The position numbers and the translations under genes are program-made. DNA of 64,000 bases from Eledone cirrhosa (Eukaryota), in NCBI GenBank assembly GCA_964016885.1, contig OZ024741.1:91698001-91762000 (forward strand), read 5' to 3'. The notes beneath the pieces were generated by a model, which worked only from the letters and a program-made list of their open reading frames with translations, was not told where the DNA came from and ran no database searches. This document shows, piece after piece, positions 18,482 through 30,359 of the stretch. Position 1 is the first letter of the stretch. Every line of letters begins with the position of its first letter.

Positions 18482-20344
18482 TTACTTACCTTCCGGGGTC
18501 TTGTGAAGGTCGGGTGGTTCGACCTCCATGGTTTGTGGGGTTTCTTTTGGGAACCCCTTTAATAGTCTTGACGTGGGTTTTACGTTCGGGGTTCCCACAT
18601 CCCGAGGAAAGCTCTTTCGAATTTCTTTGTATGAAGCGAGCGACATTCGCATCAGAAGCAAATTATCTGGTACGCGAAATGTGCTCGCTTCAAATGTTTC
18701 CCCGTCTTTTTCGATGTTTGTGCTTCGTGCTACATGGGCCATCAATTCCTTGTTGGCCCTTCTGGCAAGCACGAAGTTTTTAATGTTTTGTTGCTCGGGT
18801 TTTATTTGTTCGTGTGATTGTGGTGGTGATAGCTTTGTTAGTGTTGTTTCTATTGTGTCTGCGTTTGTTGTGGGTGGGGTGTCTGTAGTTTCTGATGTTT
18901 GTGTGTCTATTTGTTCTTGTGTCTGTTTAGCTTGTTTGCGTTTGGGGGATTTTGGTGGTTGTGTTGGTGATGCTGTGGGGAAAATGTTTGTGTGGGTGGT
19001 GTGTGTATTTTTTTTTGTGGGGGTGTTTGTGCTTTGTGGATTTCTTTTTTTTTTGTGTTTTGTTTTTTGTATTTTGGGGGACTTTGGTTTTCCCTCATCT
19101 TCACTGCTGGAGGATGAGGGGTCTGTGGCTGTGAGCGTGTTTGTGTCTGAGTGAGTGTTTATGTTCTTGTTCGTGTGTGTATTTTGGGGGGGAGGGGGAA
19201 TGGGAGAGCTTTCCTCGTTTCCCCCCTGGGTGTGCAATTTTGGTGGTTCCATTGTTGACGGTGTTGCTGGTGGTCCTTGTCCCGGCGTCGCCAGCAGTGG
19301 AATCTTTCGACCCCTTGCGCTTTTCGGCAGTTGAGGGCAGAAGGCTCGCAAGTGTGTCGTTTCCCCACAAAGGAAACAATGCGGCCTTTTGCCCTCAGTC
19401 ATTATATGCAACACCCTCCCGTTTTGGAGGCGGATGTGGTCCGGGATTGTTTTTACGTTTTCGGGTCTGATTTGGAGCAGTATCTCCAGATCAACCCCGG
19501 ACCAGTCGTCCCTGGCAGTTCTCGTTGCCTCTACCGGGACTGTATCCGTTCCTTCCACGATTACGCAACCCAGGAGCCACCACATATCAAGTCCTGGTGG
19601 AATCCTGGGAATGCGCACACGTGCTATTCGTTTTCCCATGTGGGAGGGGTACATTATGACCTTGCTGGTTTTGCAAGGGGTCATTGAATGCTTCACAGCG
19701 AGGGCTTCAGACTTGAACAGCACCGAAACGGTGCCGTATTGCCTGCCCCTCTCTATGAAGTCTGTGTCCTCTCTGATGTGTTTCAGTGCGGCTTCTATGT
19801 CAGCTTGGGCGATTATCGCTGCCCTCTTTGTCTCTACTGAGATGCATCTGAAATGCACCGTTCTTTTTTCCACTGCCTCAATGGCTTCTGCCGGGACAGT
19901 TAAGTTTGCCCAGGTCTGCTCTTGATTTATGATTTTCCAGGCCTGGGCCAACTTTTCCTCTCTGTTGGTTAAGTCGATGCTGTAGCATGGTCTCCTTTTA
20001 GCCGCTGCCACAGCAGCGAAAGTGTTCTTGTTGGTGTTGTCACTGTTGTTGTTCTTGTTGGTGTTGCTGCTGCTATTGCTGTTGTTGTTCTCCCCTGTGT
20101 CGTGGTTACCTTCTGTGCTGTTGGCCTTGTTGGTGCTCTCGCTATTACCACCTTCTGCGCTGTTCGGCTTGTTGGTGTTGGTGTTGTCGCTGTTACCACC
20201 TTCCGCGCCGCTCGGCCCGTTGGTGCTGGCACTGTCGCTGCTCACATTCGTGCTGGTGGCGCTCCTCGCCTCACCTCTCCTCTCAACGCTCAAGTCGCCG
20301 TTGCACGACAGCAGACCCGCCTCTAGGGGGCGTGGCTCCGCCAT
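18482..20344 (-). CDS. Tx1 family B ORF1, 620 aa
   Basis: CFLCGETTHLRAFC knuckle; core aligns weakly to family A ORF1 (RGRQYGTVSVLF vs RGKKYATVDVLF). Confidence 0.9.
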   Translation of the reverse strand: MAEPRPLEAGLLSCNGDLSVERRGEARSATSTNVSSDSASTNGPSGAEGGNSDNTNTNKPNSAEGGNSESTNKANSTEGNHDTGENNNSNSSSNTNKNNNSDNTNKNTFAAVAAAKRRPCYSIDLTNREEKLAQAWKIINQEQTWANLTVPAEAIEAVEKRTVHFRCISVETKRAAIIAQADIEAALKHIREDTDFIERGRQYGTVSVLFKSEALAVKHSMTPCKTSKVIMYPSHMGKRIARVRIPRIPPGLDMWWLLGCVIVEGTDTVPVEATRTARDDWSGVDLEILLQIRPENVKTIPDHIRLQNGRVLHIMTEGKRPHCFLCGETTHLRAFCPQLPKSARGRKIPLLATPGQGPPATPSTMEPPKLHTQGGNEESSPIPPPPQNTHTNKNINTHSDTNTLTATDPSSSSSEDEGKPKSPKIQKTKHKKKRNPQSTNTPTKKNTHTTHTNIFPTASPTQPPKSPKRKQAKQTQEQIDTQTSETTDTPPTTNADTIETTLTKLSPPQSHEQIKPEQQNIKNFVLARRANKELMAHVARSTNIEKDGETFEASTFRVPDNLLLMRMSLASYKEIRKSFPRDVGTPNVKPTSRLLKGFPKETPQTMEVEPPDLHKTPEGK

Positions 20345-20553
20345 GTTTTTTTGAGAAAAAAATTATTATTTTTTTCAAAATAAAGTTCAAATATTTGGGC
20401 CAAAAGGCCCAAATATTATGAGTTATTCCTTCACAGGATACAAATTAATGTCTTATAATGCTTCAGCGGTACAAAAAATAAACAATTCTCTACAATTAAT
20501 CCTCAAAAATTGCTTACTCACGGAGCTTCAAAAAACGTACATCCACTTTCGTC

Positions 20554-20603
<50 letters not shown>

Positions 20604-20864
20604 TTTCTTTATTAACCACAAGGGTTTACATAAAGTAGACATTAAGGACAGTGCAGGACAATGCAGGACGGTACAAATGGGCATTTCTGCGTGTAAAAAA
20701 AACAAAAACAGAGGATGTAACAAAAATAACAATGAAAATAACAATGAAAAATTCCCCAATAGGGGGGAGACTTCGGAGGGACATTTGTGGAGAAAGCCCA
20801 GTAAAAAGCCACAATGACCCTGACCACCAAGGCAAGTGCCCTCTCCCAGTTTTCCACCTTTAGT

Positions 20865-23800
20865 TTACAGATATATACTCAGAGTCGGCCCATTCACTCG
20901 GGCCATTCTTGCTTCTCTCACCCATCTTTCAACAAAATGCTGGGAAGAGAGCACTTCCTTCTCTACTCTGATTTTCCTTTTCAAATGAAATTTGAAAAAG
21001 TCAATCAGAGCATCACCGAAGAGGTAAGTGCTCGTCTTCAGCCCTTTCAAACGTGTCCACCATACTATCTCTTTCGCCATGGCCACCAGACAGATAAAAA
21101 CTGCCTGCCCTTCCCGGCTAAAGGAGGAGGGCGGGGCAATCCTCACGATAGACTCAGATGATAGCTGGATCCGTCCTAAACGCGACAGCAGGTGTTCGAC
21201 ATAAACCCACAAGTCAGCAATTTTCGGACACTGGACGAGTGCGTGCAGGACGGTTTCGTCGCCCTGCGCGCATCTCGGACATGCCCGGCTGACGGCACCT
21301 CCATGCCTGTAGAGTTTATCCCGAACTGGCAAGGCTCCTCGGTAGCACTGCCAGGCCAGAGATTTCTGGAAGTTGTCCATAGGCCCTGGCCCGAAAGTTC
21401 TTCCGAAGAGATTGGCTAGTTGATTTTCGTCGACGCCTAGAGTTTCCCCAAGTACGTCGTCGCTCTTCCCCTCCACTAATCCTCTATAGAACGCCGAGGT
21501 GGAGTTTCCACCGATCACATTGCCCGATTGGTCGAGGGCTGTGAGCGCCTGAAGACATTCCAGTCTCCAGGCGCTCCCTCTCGGTCTTCGCTTGACCCAG
21601 GACTGCAGCTCCGTCAAGGAAACGAGCTGGGGAAAAACGCGTCTAGCAAACGGCGACCACACCTGATCACCGTCGAGGAAGAGGTGGAGATGTCGTAGCC
21701 TGAGCGCGTGCCTGCGCATCATCAGCCACGGCATGCCCAGCCCTCCACGTAGCGGGTGTTGACAACAGATGGACCGCCTGACCATCGGAGCACGTCCCAT
21801 CCACAAAAAGCGAAAGAGCAAACGCTCCAGCGCAGTCAGGCGAGGCTTAGGACAAGGTACGACGGTTAGGCGGTAGCAGATGACAGACGCGATGTACGCG
21901 TTAGCCACCTCCGCTCGACCTTTCAGGGATAGCTTCCTCTCCGCCCATTTCTGGGTGAGAGAAGCCACCCTGCTCGTCACCTCGTCCCAGTTTTTGTCCG
22001 TCTGGAGGTCCGGACCGAACCAGACCCCTAGCAATTTAACCGGTCCGTCCGTCCAGCGCCCGACGACGCTGTTGGACGGCATGGACCTGCCTCTCCAGGT
22101 GCCGAGCTGCAGGCCCACTGACTTTTCCTGGTTGATCATTGCTCCTGTCACCGCTTCGTATTCTCTTAGTGTAGTGCCGATCGCCTCGATGTGTTTGGCG
22201 TTCGACACCACTACGGTGACATCGTCCGCATATGCTGACACGGATCTTCCGCATCCTAGTTCGCGCGGGACTCCCCTCAACGTCTCCAGTTTGTGCAGTA
22301 ATGGCTCGAGAGTCAATACGTACAAGAGGGACGAGAGGGGACATCCTTGGCGGACCGAGCGCATGATGTTGAACGGTTCCGACAGGTGACCGTTCACTCT
22401 CACCACAGAGCAGATGTCGCTGTGCATGGCAGCGATCCAGCCTCTGAAGACGGGCCCAAAGCCAGCCGCCCTCAGGACTGCCGCTAGGTAACGATGGTCG
22501 ACCCTATCGAAAGCTTTCGACTGATCTAAATTGATCAAGGACCCACCCGTGCCAGGTTCCCTAGCTACCCTCTCTACGATGTATCGCATGAGGTGGAGGT
22601 TGTCGTGGATGGATCTGTCGGGAATGGCGCATGTCTGCGCCTCTCCCACCAGACCACCAACGACAAGCGCCAACCTCTTTGCTAGCACCTTGGCCAAAAT
22701 CTTAAACTCTGTGTTTAGCAGAGTTATGGGCCGGAAATTGTCTATGTTATCCCCCTTGTTCGGATCCTTTCTCAGCAGTGCCACCGCTCCTCGGCTCACA
22801 GAACTGGGAATTCTCCCGTTCTGTTGCCAGTTGCAGTAGACGTCCGCCAAGAGGCCTCCGAACAAGTCTGGCATCTGTACGTAAAGTTCATAGGGCAGAC
22901 CATCCAAACCAGGCGATTTACCCCTTGTGCAGCCAGTCATTGCCTCCCGTACTTCAGCGGCTGTTATCGGCTTTTCGCAACACTTCGCCTCAGTGGCCGA
23001 GAGCCGCGGCAGTCCGTCGAGGTAGACACTAAAGTCCATCCCTCTACCCGGCCCCCCGCTGCCCCCGAACAGCTGAGCGAAGTGTCGCTGAAAAGCTTCA
23101 CACATTTGCCCGGGATCGAGTAGCATGCGCCCGTCGTGGTCCACCAAAGACCGGATCGTGGCTTTGTTGCCACGACGCGCCTCCGCCACTCGGGCCCATT
23201 GAACGGCTTTCGTCCCCTCGTGTCTGAGAGCACGCACCCTAGCTCTGACAACGCAGCCTTCGTGCTTTGCATTGAAGAATTGGTCAAGGGCCAATTTCGC
23301 CGCAAGCACGTCGGTCGCAATGCCTTTGCTAAGCGCCTCGTCTAATTTTCTAACTAGTTCTCCCTCTGCTCTATTTTTCTCTATTGCTAAAGCCTTACTA
23401 AACCTAATCGATTCTATTCTAATCGCTCTTTTCAGAGCAAACCACCACTTGTTGTTGACGATGGCCCCCGTCAACGCCCGCTTAACTAGTTCGCTAATCC
23501 GGTCTCTGTAGGCCTTGCGCGCTGGTAAGGACGCGTTTAGCTTCCAGTAGCCGGGTCCTCGTCTATGAAGCCTATCTAAGTCAAGCACACAGGTCACGAA
23601 TTTGTGGTCCGTGTAGCTGACTATTTTGAATTGTGGACAGCCTATGCTAGACCTATCTATTTCCCTACAAAATACTCTATCTAGATATGATCTGGATGAC
23701 CCTATGCGGTTTGTCCAAGTCCACATTGGCACATTCGGGAAATCCAATCGGTACCTGTCAGACAGTTCAAAACGCCTGAGCAGGTTGGTGAGGCTCTTGC

Positions 23801-24284
23801 ACCCTCCACCCCTATCCGCTAATCCCACACAGTCCCAGCGTGCATCTAAGATCCCGTTCCAGTCGCCCACTAACACTAAAGAGCGGGACGTTCCAAGAAA
23901 GGTCTCCAGACGCCGGAAGAAATCAGGCCGCCCTGCTCCTGTCGGGGCATAGACGGCCACTAGCCTGAAAGCTTGCCCGTCTCCGCTGGTCACGTCCAGC
24001 ACCACCAGCTTACCCTCTGGGTCCAGGAAGATGGCCCGTATGGCGAGATCCAAACCTCTCCGAAAAAGCACAGCAACTCCTCCACCCGATCCAGGACGGC
24101 TGGGAGATGCGTACACATCGTAGCCGCCGAAGATCGGTGCGAAGGCCCGTGCTTCGGAGATTCTGGTCTCGCTGATGGCCACTACATCTATGTTTAGTGA
24201 CCTGAGGTCGTTGAGCAGGTGACCCTGCTTCCATGACGACCCCAAGCCACGCGCATTTATGCTGCCTATTCTGAGTGAGGTCAT
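20865..24284 (-). CDS. Tx1 ORF2 (APE-RT-CCHC), intact
   Basis: 1139 aa, same motifs as A1. Confidence 0.96.
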   Translation of the reverse strand: MTSLRIGSINARGLGSSWKQGHLLNDLRSLNIDVVAISETRISEARAFAPIFGGYDVYASPSRPGSGGGVAVLFRRGLDLAIRAIFLDPEGKLVVLDVTSGDGQAFRLVAVYAPTGAGRPDFFRRLETFLGTSRSLVLVGDWNGILDARWDCVGLADRGGGCKSLTNLLRRFELSDRYRLDFPNVPMWTWTNRIGSSRSYLDRVFCREIDRSSIGCPQFKIVSYTDHKFVTCVLDLDRLHRRGPGYWKLNASLPARKAYRDRISELVKRALTGAIVNNKWWFALKRAIRIESIRFSKALAIEKNRAEGELVRKLDEALSKGIATDVLAAKLALDQFFNAKHEGCVVRARVRALRHEGTKAVQWARVAEARRGNKATIRSLVDHDGRMLLDPGQMCEAFQRHFAQLFGGSGGPGRGMDFSVYLDGLPRLSATEAKCCEKPITAAEVREAMTGCTRGKSPGLDGLPYELYVQMPDLFGGLLADVYCNWQQNGRIPSSVSRGAVALLRKDPNKGDNIDNFRPITLLNTEFKILAKVLAKRLALVVGGLVGEAQTCAIPDRSIHDNLHLMRYIVERVAREPGTGGSLINLDQSKAFDRVDHRYLAAVLRAAGFGPVFRGWIAAMHSDICSVVRVNGHLSEPFNIMRSVRQGCPLSSLLYVLTLEPLLHKLETLRGVPRELGCGRSVSAYADDVTVVVSNAKHIEAIGTTLREYEAVTGAMINQEKSVGLQLGTWRGRSMPSNSVVGRWTDGPVKLLGVWFGPDLQTDKNWDEVTSRVASLTQKWAERKLSLKGRAEVANAYIASVICYRLTVVPCPKPRLTALERLLFRFLWMGRAPMVRRSICCQHPLRGGLGMPWLMMRRHALRLRHLHLFLDGDQVWSPFARRVFPQLVSLTELQSWVKRRPRGSAWRLECLQALTALDQSGNVIGGNSTSAFYRGLVEGKSDDVLGETLGVDENQLANLFGRTFGPGPMDNFQKSLAWQCYRGALPVRDKLYRHGGAVSRACPRCAQGDETVLHALVQCPKIADLWVYVEHLLSRLGRIQLSSESIVRIAPPSSFSREGQAVFICLVAMAKEIVWWTRLKGLKTSTYLFGDALIDFFKFHLKRKIRVEKEVLSSQHFVERWVREARMARVNGPTLSIYL

Positions 24285-24319
24285 GTTTAAAATAGAGTGG
24301 AAAAGATGGGAAAGACCAC

Positions 24320-26392
24320 TTATCGTACTTTTGGTAGAGGAGGGATGGTTTTTACATCCCTTTTCACTTGATCGTCTGGTGAAGGGACCGTTGAATCGTC
24401 CCTTCGGCTGGTCGTCGGCTCTTCTAAGAGAATGTCTGAATATACTCTTCGATTGATGGTTCCTCCTAGGTCCCTGAAATCACCAACTGCGTTGGGGAAT
24501 TTCGTTTTAATGTTTGTGTATTGTTTCTGTGCTATTTTTAGCAGTCTTATGTTAGTTGGCGTTTTGATTGGTGCTGGTATTATGTAGTCCTGTTGTGAAA
24601 TGTCTGTGTGTTCAATTATGTAAGTCATTAGTTTCTTGTTGTGTGTATTTATTGCCGTGCATTTGTTTTTCTGGGGGTGGGGTGTGGTTCTGCTGTTTTC
24701 TTGTCGTTGTTGCTGGGTGTGTGTGTCTTGTTGTTGTGTTTGTGATGTTGGTGCTTGTGGTGGTGGTGTTGAAGGTGTTGTTGGCGGTGGGGTTGTCGCC
24801 GGTGGTGATGGTGGTGCTGGTGTGGGTGGTGATGGTGTTGGTGGTGTTGCTGCTGTGGATCTTTTTGCAGTAGACTTTACCCTTTTCTCATTTCTTTCCT
24901 CCCTTTTCAAAGGCGACGATGCGCTGCTTCTGCGTTTGTGCCTTCTTGCGACCTTTTGCCATCCCTCTCCCACCTCACACTCCATGTCTGATTCTGTAAG
25001 GTCGGGGAGGGGTACCAGCTCCACTCTTTCACTTGTTGTTGTTGGTGATGTTTGCACTGGAGTCTCTGTTGCAGCTGCATTTGGTATTGCTGTTGTTGTT
25101 GTTAATATTTCCACTGCTGCTGCTGTCTTTGATTTCCGTGGAGTGGGTATGGGTGCCACGGACCTATCGTTCCTGGTTGCCGCTTGTCCTGTTGCTGGTA
25201 GCCGTGGAGCCGGATTCGGAAGGAGGGGGGTTTTCTCCTTTCTCAGGGTCTTCTCGTTGCAGAAGGCCCTGAGGTGAGTCTTCGATCCACAGCGAAAGCA
25301 TTTCGGGCGTTTGCCCTCAACACTTATGGGCAGTTGAGTGCCGTTATCGAAGTCTATCACATCCGGGATAGCTTCGATGCACTCCTGGTTGGTTTGGATT
25401 AGCATCTCAATGGAGGAGCCGACCCAATCTTCTCTTACTTTTTTCTGTACTTGCAGTACAGTTGTTTTGTCCTCGATTCCGACGAGGACAGACGCGGCCA
25501 GCTAAGAAGGGGTCATTCCGGGGGGGACGTGGGTCAGTTTGACCCTCACAATTTTTTGCCCGCAGTAGGAGGGCACCAACACCATTTCCTCGCTCCTTAG
25601 GGTCACTACTGATTGGGCCTTTGCCTCCTGGGGTGTGGCAAAAAGTACGTCTACGGTGGCGTATTTTTTGCCTCGGGTGATGTGCGTTTTCCTCTGCCAC
25701 ACAGACCCCAAGGCTTTTTGTATTTGGGCCTCTGTGGCTCTTTCCACCCTACGGGATTTTGTACTTACTGTACGGTACGTGACCGTACAGTGCTCTTGGG
25801 TTTCGAAAAAATTTTTCGCTGCCTTGCAGATTGCTCGGTGTCCGTTCTTTGTCACCATCTTCTTCGCTTCCTCTAATTCCTCATTTGTTATGAGGATTGT
25901 TTCCAGGTTTTTCGCAATACCTGCAAATGAGATTGGTTTTTCTCTGCTGTTGTTGTTGTCGTCAGAGCTGCTGGTACTTTTGTTGTTGCTGCAGGTACTA
26001 CGACTACTGCCTCCGCCGCTGTTGCTGCTAATGCTGTTGTTGTTTATGCTGCTGGTGATGCTGTTGCGGCTGCTACTGTTGTTTTCATTGTCACTGTTGC
26101 TGTTGTTATTACGGCTGCTACTGCTATTATTCCTGACGTCAGACGAATGAACTGGGTTTTCGTATTTCCCGCACACCTGTTTCGTCGCTGTCGTCGTCGT
26201 CGTGGAGAAACCTTGCACGCTTTGCACGAGACTTTTATTTTCTTTCGTCGCTTGCGAAAGAGAAGGGAGGGAGAGAGACACATTTAAAGAAGGGAGGGAG
26301 AGAGACAATCTTCTCTCTGCTGTAGTGATGATTGAGGAAGAAGAAGACGGAATGAGTGGGAGTGACGTATGAAATTTCTTTTTGGTAGCCAT
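24320..26392 (-). pseudogene. Tx1 ORF1 with premature stop
   Basis: TGG>TAG at 25502-25504 (PPGMTPS*) versus W in A1/A3. Confidence 0.9.
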
Positions 26393-26605
26393 GTTTTTTT
26401 GTTTAAAATGAAATTTTGGGTACAAAACCCCAATAACTGGTTATTTAACCCCGAAGGGCCAAATAACGGACAGAAAGACCCCTCTCACGAGGAGGAGGGT
26501 GTCTTTATCAACAATTTGGTTCAAGTTTTAAACAATTTACAATTGTTTTAACGGTTAAAAATTACTATACCTTACAGAGCCGAGCCTCCGTCAACCATGG
26601 CATTC

Positions 26606-26643
<38 letters not shown>

Positions 26644-26904
26644 TTTCTTTATTAACCACAAGGGTTTACATAAAGTAGACATTAAGGACAGTGCAGGACA
26701 ATGCAGGACGGTACAAATGGGCATTTCTGCGTGTAAAAAAAACAAAAATAGAGGATGTAACAAAAATAACAATGAAAATAACAATGAAAAATTCCCCAAT
26801 AGGGGGGAGACTTCGGAGGGACATTTGTGGAGAAAGCCCAGTAAAAAGCCACAATGACCCTGACCACCAAGGCAAGTGCCCTCTCCCAGTTTTCCACCTT
26901 TAGT

Positions 26905-29900
26905 TTACAGATATATACTCAGAGTCGGCCCATTCACTCGGGCCATTCTTGCTTCTCTCACCCATCTTTCAACAAAATGCTGGGAAGAGAGCACTTCCTT
27001 CTCTACTCTGATTTTCCTTTTCAAATGAAATTTGAAAAAGTCAATCAGAGCATCACCGAAGAGGTAAGTGCTCGTCTTCAGCCCTTTCAAACGTGTCCAC
27101 CATACTATCTCTTTCGCCATGGCCACCAGACAGATAAAAACTGCCTGCCCTTCCCGGCTAAAGGAGGAGGGCGGGGCAATCCTCACGATAGACTCAGATG
27201 ATAGCTGGATCCGTCCTAAACGCGACAGCAGGTGTTCGACATAAACCCACAAGTCAGCAATTTTCGGACACTGGACGAGTGCGTGCAGGACGGTTTCGTC
27301 GCCCTGCGCGCATCTCGGACATGCCCGGCTGACGGCACCTCCATGCCTGTAGAGTTTATCCCGAACTGGCAAGGCTCCTCGGTAGCACTGCCAGGCCAGA
27401 GATTTCTGGAAGTTGTCCATAGGCCCCGGCCCGAAGGTTCTTCCGAAGAGATTGGCTAGTTGATTTTCGTCGACGCCTAGAGTTTCCCCAAGTACGTCGT
27501 CGCTCTTCCCCTCCACTAATCCTCTATAGAACGCCGAGGTGGAGTTTCCACCGATCACATTGCCCGATTGGTCGAGGGCTGTGAGCGCCTGAAGACATTC
27601 CAGTCTCCAGGCGCTCCCTCTCGGTCTTCGCTTGACCCAGGACTGCAGCTCCGTCAAGGAAACGAGCTGGGGAAAAACGCGTCTAGCAAACGGCGACCAC
27701 ACCTGATCACCGTCGAGGAAGAGGTGGAGATGTCGTAGCCTGAGCGCGTGCCTGCGCATCATCAGCCACGGCATGCCCAGCCCTCCACGTAGCGGGTGTT
27801 GACAACAGATGGACCGCCTGACCATCGGAGCACGTCCCTTCCACAAAAAGCGAAAGAGCAAACGCTCCAGCGCAGTCAGGCGAGGCTTAGGACAAGGTAC
27901 GACGGTTAGGCGGTAGCAGATGACAGACGCGATGTACGCGTTAGCCACCTCCGCTCGACCTTTCAGGGATAGCTTCCTCTCCGCCCATTTCTGGGTGAGA
28001 GAAGCCACCCTGCTCGTCACCTCGTCCCAGTTTTTGTCCGTCTGGAGGTCCGGACCGAACCAGACCCCTAGCAATTTAACCGGTCCGTCCGTCCAGCGCC
28101 CGACGACGCTGTTGGACGGCATGGACCTGCCTCTCCAGGTGCCGAGCTGCAGGCCCACTGACTTTTCCTGGTTGATCATTGCTCCTGTCACCGCTTCGTA
28201 TTCTCTTAGTGTAGTGCCGATCGCCTCGATGTGTTTGGCGTTCGACACCACTACGGTGACATCGTCCGCATATGCTGACACGGATCTTCCGCATCCTAGT
28301 TCGCGCGGGACTCCCCTCAACGTCTCCAGTTTGTGCAGTAATGGCTCGAGAGTCAATACGTACAAGAGGGACGAGAGGGGACATCCTTGGCGGACCGAGC
28401 GCATGATGTTGAACGGTTCCGACAGGTGACCGTTCACTCTCACCACAGAGCAGATGTCGCTGTGCATGGCAGCGATCCAGCCTCTGAAGACGGGCCCAAA
28501 GCCAGCCGCCCTCAGGACTGCCGCTAGGTAACGATGGTCGACCCTATCGAAAGCTTTCGACTGATCTAAATTGATCAAGGACCCACCCGTGCCAGGTTCC
28601 CTAGCTACCCTCTCTACGATGTATCGCATGAGGTGGAGGTTGTCGTGGATGGATCTGTCGGGAATGGCGCATGTCTGCGCCTCTCCCACCAGACCACCAA
28701 CGACAAGCGCCAACCTCTTTGCTAGCACCTTGGCCAAAATCTTAAACTCTGTGTTTAGCAGAGTTATGGGCCGGAAATTGTCTATGTTATCCCCCTTGTT
28801 CGGATCCTTTCTCAGCAGTGCCACCGCTCCTCGGCTCACAGAACTGGGAATTCTCCCGTTCTGTTGCCAGTTGCAGTAGACGTCCGCCAAGAGGCCTCCG
28901 AACAAGTCTGGCATCTGTACGTAAAGTTCATAGGGCAGACCATCCAAACCAGGCGATTTACCCCTTGTGCAGCCAGTCATTGCCTCCCTTACTTCAGCGG
29001 CTGTTATCGGCTTTTCGCAACACTTCGCCTCAGTGGCCGAGAGCCGCGGCAGTCCGTCGAGGTAGACACTAAAGTCCATCCCTCTACCCGGCCCCCCGCT
29101 GCCCCCGAACAGCTGAGCGAAGTGTCGCTGAAAAGCTTCACACATTTGCCCGGGATCGAGTAGCATGCGCCCGTCGTGGTCCACCAAAGACCGGATCGTG
29201 GCTTTGTTGCCACGACGCGCCTCCGCCACTCGGGCCCATTGAACGGCTTTCGTCCCCTCGTGTCTGAGAGCACGCACCCTAGCTCTGACAACGCAGCCTT
29301 CGTGCTTTGCATTGAAGAATTGGTCAAGGGCCAATTTCGCCGCAAGCACGTCGGTCGCAATGCCTTTGCTAAGCGCCTCGTCTAATTTTCTAACTAGTTC
29401 TCCCTCTGCTCTATTTTTCTCTATTGCTAAAGCCTTACTAAACCTAATCGATTCTATTCTAATCGCTCTTTTCAGAGCAAACCACCACTTGTTGTTGACG
29501 ATGGCCCCCGTCAACGCCCGCTTAACTAGTTCGCTAATCCGGTCTCTGTAGGCCTTGCGCGCTGGTAAGGACGCGTTTAGCTTCCAGTAGCCGGGTCCTC
29601 GTCTATGAAGCCTATCTAAGTCAAGCACACAGATCACGAATTTGTGGTCCGTGTAGCTGACTATCTTGAATTGTGGACAGCCTATGCTAGACCTATCTAT
29701 TTCCCTACAAAATACTCTATCTAGATATGATCTGGATGACCCTATGCGGTTTGTCCAAGTCCACATTGGCACATTCGGGAAATCCAATCGGTACCTGTCA
29801 GACAGTTCAAAACGCCTGAGCAGGTTGGTGAGGCTCTTGCACCCTCCACCCCTATCCGCTAATCCCACACAGTCCCAGCGTGCATCTAAGATCCCGTTCC

Positions 29901-30324
29901 AGTCGCCCACTAACACTAAAGAGCGCGACGTTCCAAGAAAGGTCTCCAGACGCCGGAAGAAATCAGGCCGCCCTGCTCCTGTCGGGGCATAGACGGCCAC
30001 TAGCCTGAAAGCTTGCCCGTCTCCGCTGGTCACGTCCAGCACCACCAGCTTACCCTCTGGGTCCAGGAAGATGGCCCGTATGGCGAGATCCAAACCTCTC
30101 CGAAAAAGCACAGCAACTCCTCCACCCGATCCAGGACGGCTGGGAGATGCGTACACATCGTAGCCGCCGAAGATCGGTGCGAAGGCCCGTGCTTCGGAGA
30201 TTCTGGTCTCGCTGATGGCCACTACATCTATGTTTAGTGACCTGAGGTCGTTGAGCAGGTGACCCTGCTTCCATGACGACCCCAAGCCACGCGCATTTAT
30301 GCTGCCTATTCTGAGTGAGGTCAT
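26905..30324 (-). CDS. Tx1 ORF2 (APE-RT-CCHC), intact
   Basis: 1139 aa, same motifs as A1. Confidence 0.96.
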   Translation of the reverse strand: MTSLRIGSINARGLGSSWKQGHLLNDLRSLNIDVVAISETRISEARAFAPIFGGYDVYASPSRPGSGGGVAVLFRRGLDLAIRAIFLDPEGKLVVLDVTSGDGQAFRLVAVYAPTGAGRPDFFRRLETFLGTSRSLVLVGDWNGILDARWDCVGLADRGGGCKSLTNLLRRFELSDRYRLDFPNVPMWTWTNRIGSSRSYLDRVFCREIDRSSIGCPQFKIVSYTDHKFVICVLDLDRLHRRGPGYWKLNASLPARKAYRDRISELVKRALTGAIVNNKWWFALKRAIRIESIRFSKALAIEKNRAEGELVRKLDEALSKGIATDVLAAKLALDQFFNAKHEGCVVRARVRALRHEGTKAVQWARVAEARRGNKATIRSLVDHDGRMLLDPGQMCEAFQRHFAQLFGGSGGPGRGMDFSVYLDGLPRLSATEAKCCEKPITAAEVREAMTGCTRGKSPGLDGLPYELYVQMPDLFGGLLADVYCNWQQNGRIPSSVSRGAVALLRKDPNKGDNIDNFRPITLLNTEFKILAKVLAKRLALVVGGLVGEAQTCAIPDRSIHDNLHLMRYIVERVAREPGTGGSLINLDQSKAFDRVDHRYLAAVLRAAGFGPVFRGWIAAMHSDICSVVRVNGHLSEPFNIMRSVRQGCPLSSLLYVLTLEPLLHKLETLRGVPRELGCGRSVSAYADDVTVVVSNAKHIEAIGTTLREYEAVTGAMINQEKSVGLQLGTWRGRSMPSNSVVGRWTDGPVKLLGVWFGPDLQTDKNWDEVTSRVASLTQKWAERKLSLKGRAEVANAYIASVICYRLTVVPCPKPRLTALERLLFRFLWKGRAPMVRRSICCQHPLRGGLGMPWLMMRRHALRLRHLHLFLDGDQVWSPFARRVFPQLVSLTELQSWVKRRPRGSAWRLECLQALTALDQSGNVIGGNSTSAFYRGLVEGKSDDVLGETLGVDENQLANLFGRTFGPGPMDNFQKSLAWQCYRGALPVRDKLYRHGGAVSRACPRCAQGDETVLHALVQCPKIADLWVYVEHLLSRLGRIQLSSESIVRIAPPSSFSREGQAVFICLVAMAKEIVWWTRLKGLKTSTYLFGDALIDFFKFHLKRKIRVEKEVLSSQHFVERWVREARMARVNGPTLSIYL

Positions 30325-30359
30325 GTTTAAAATAGAGTGGAAAAGATGGGAAAGACCAC

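Larger units (their letters stand above)
14779..20553 (-). mobile_element. Full-length Tx1-like element, family B
   Basis: Distinct UTRs and ORF1, homologous ORF2; (AAT)n on both sides. Confidence 0.95.
20602..26605 (-). mobile_element. Full-length Tx1 family A copy A2 (ORF1 nonsense)
   Basis: Near-identical to A1/A3; (AAT)n at 20554-20601 and 26606-26641. Confidence 0.95.
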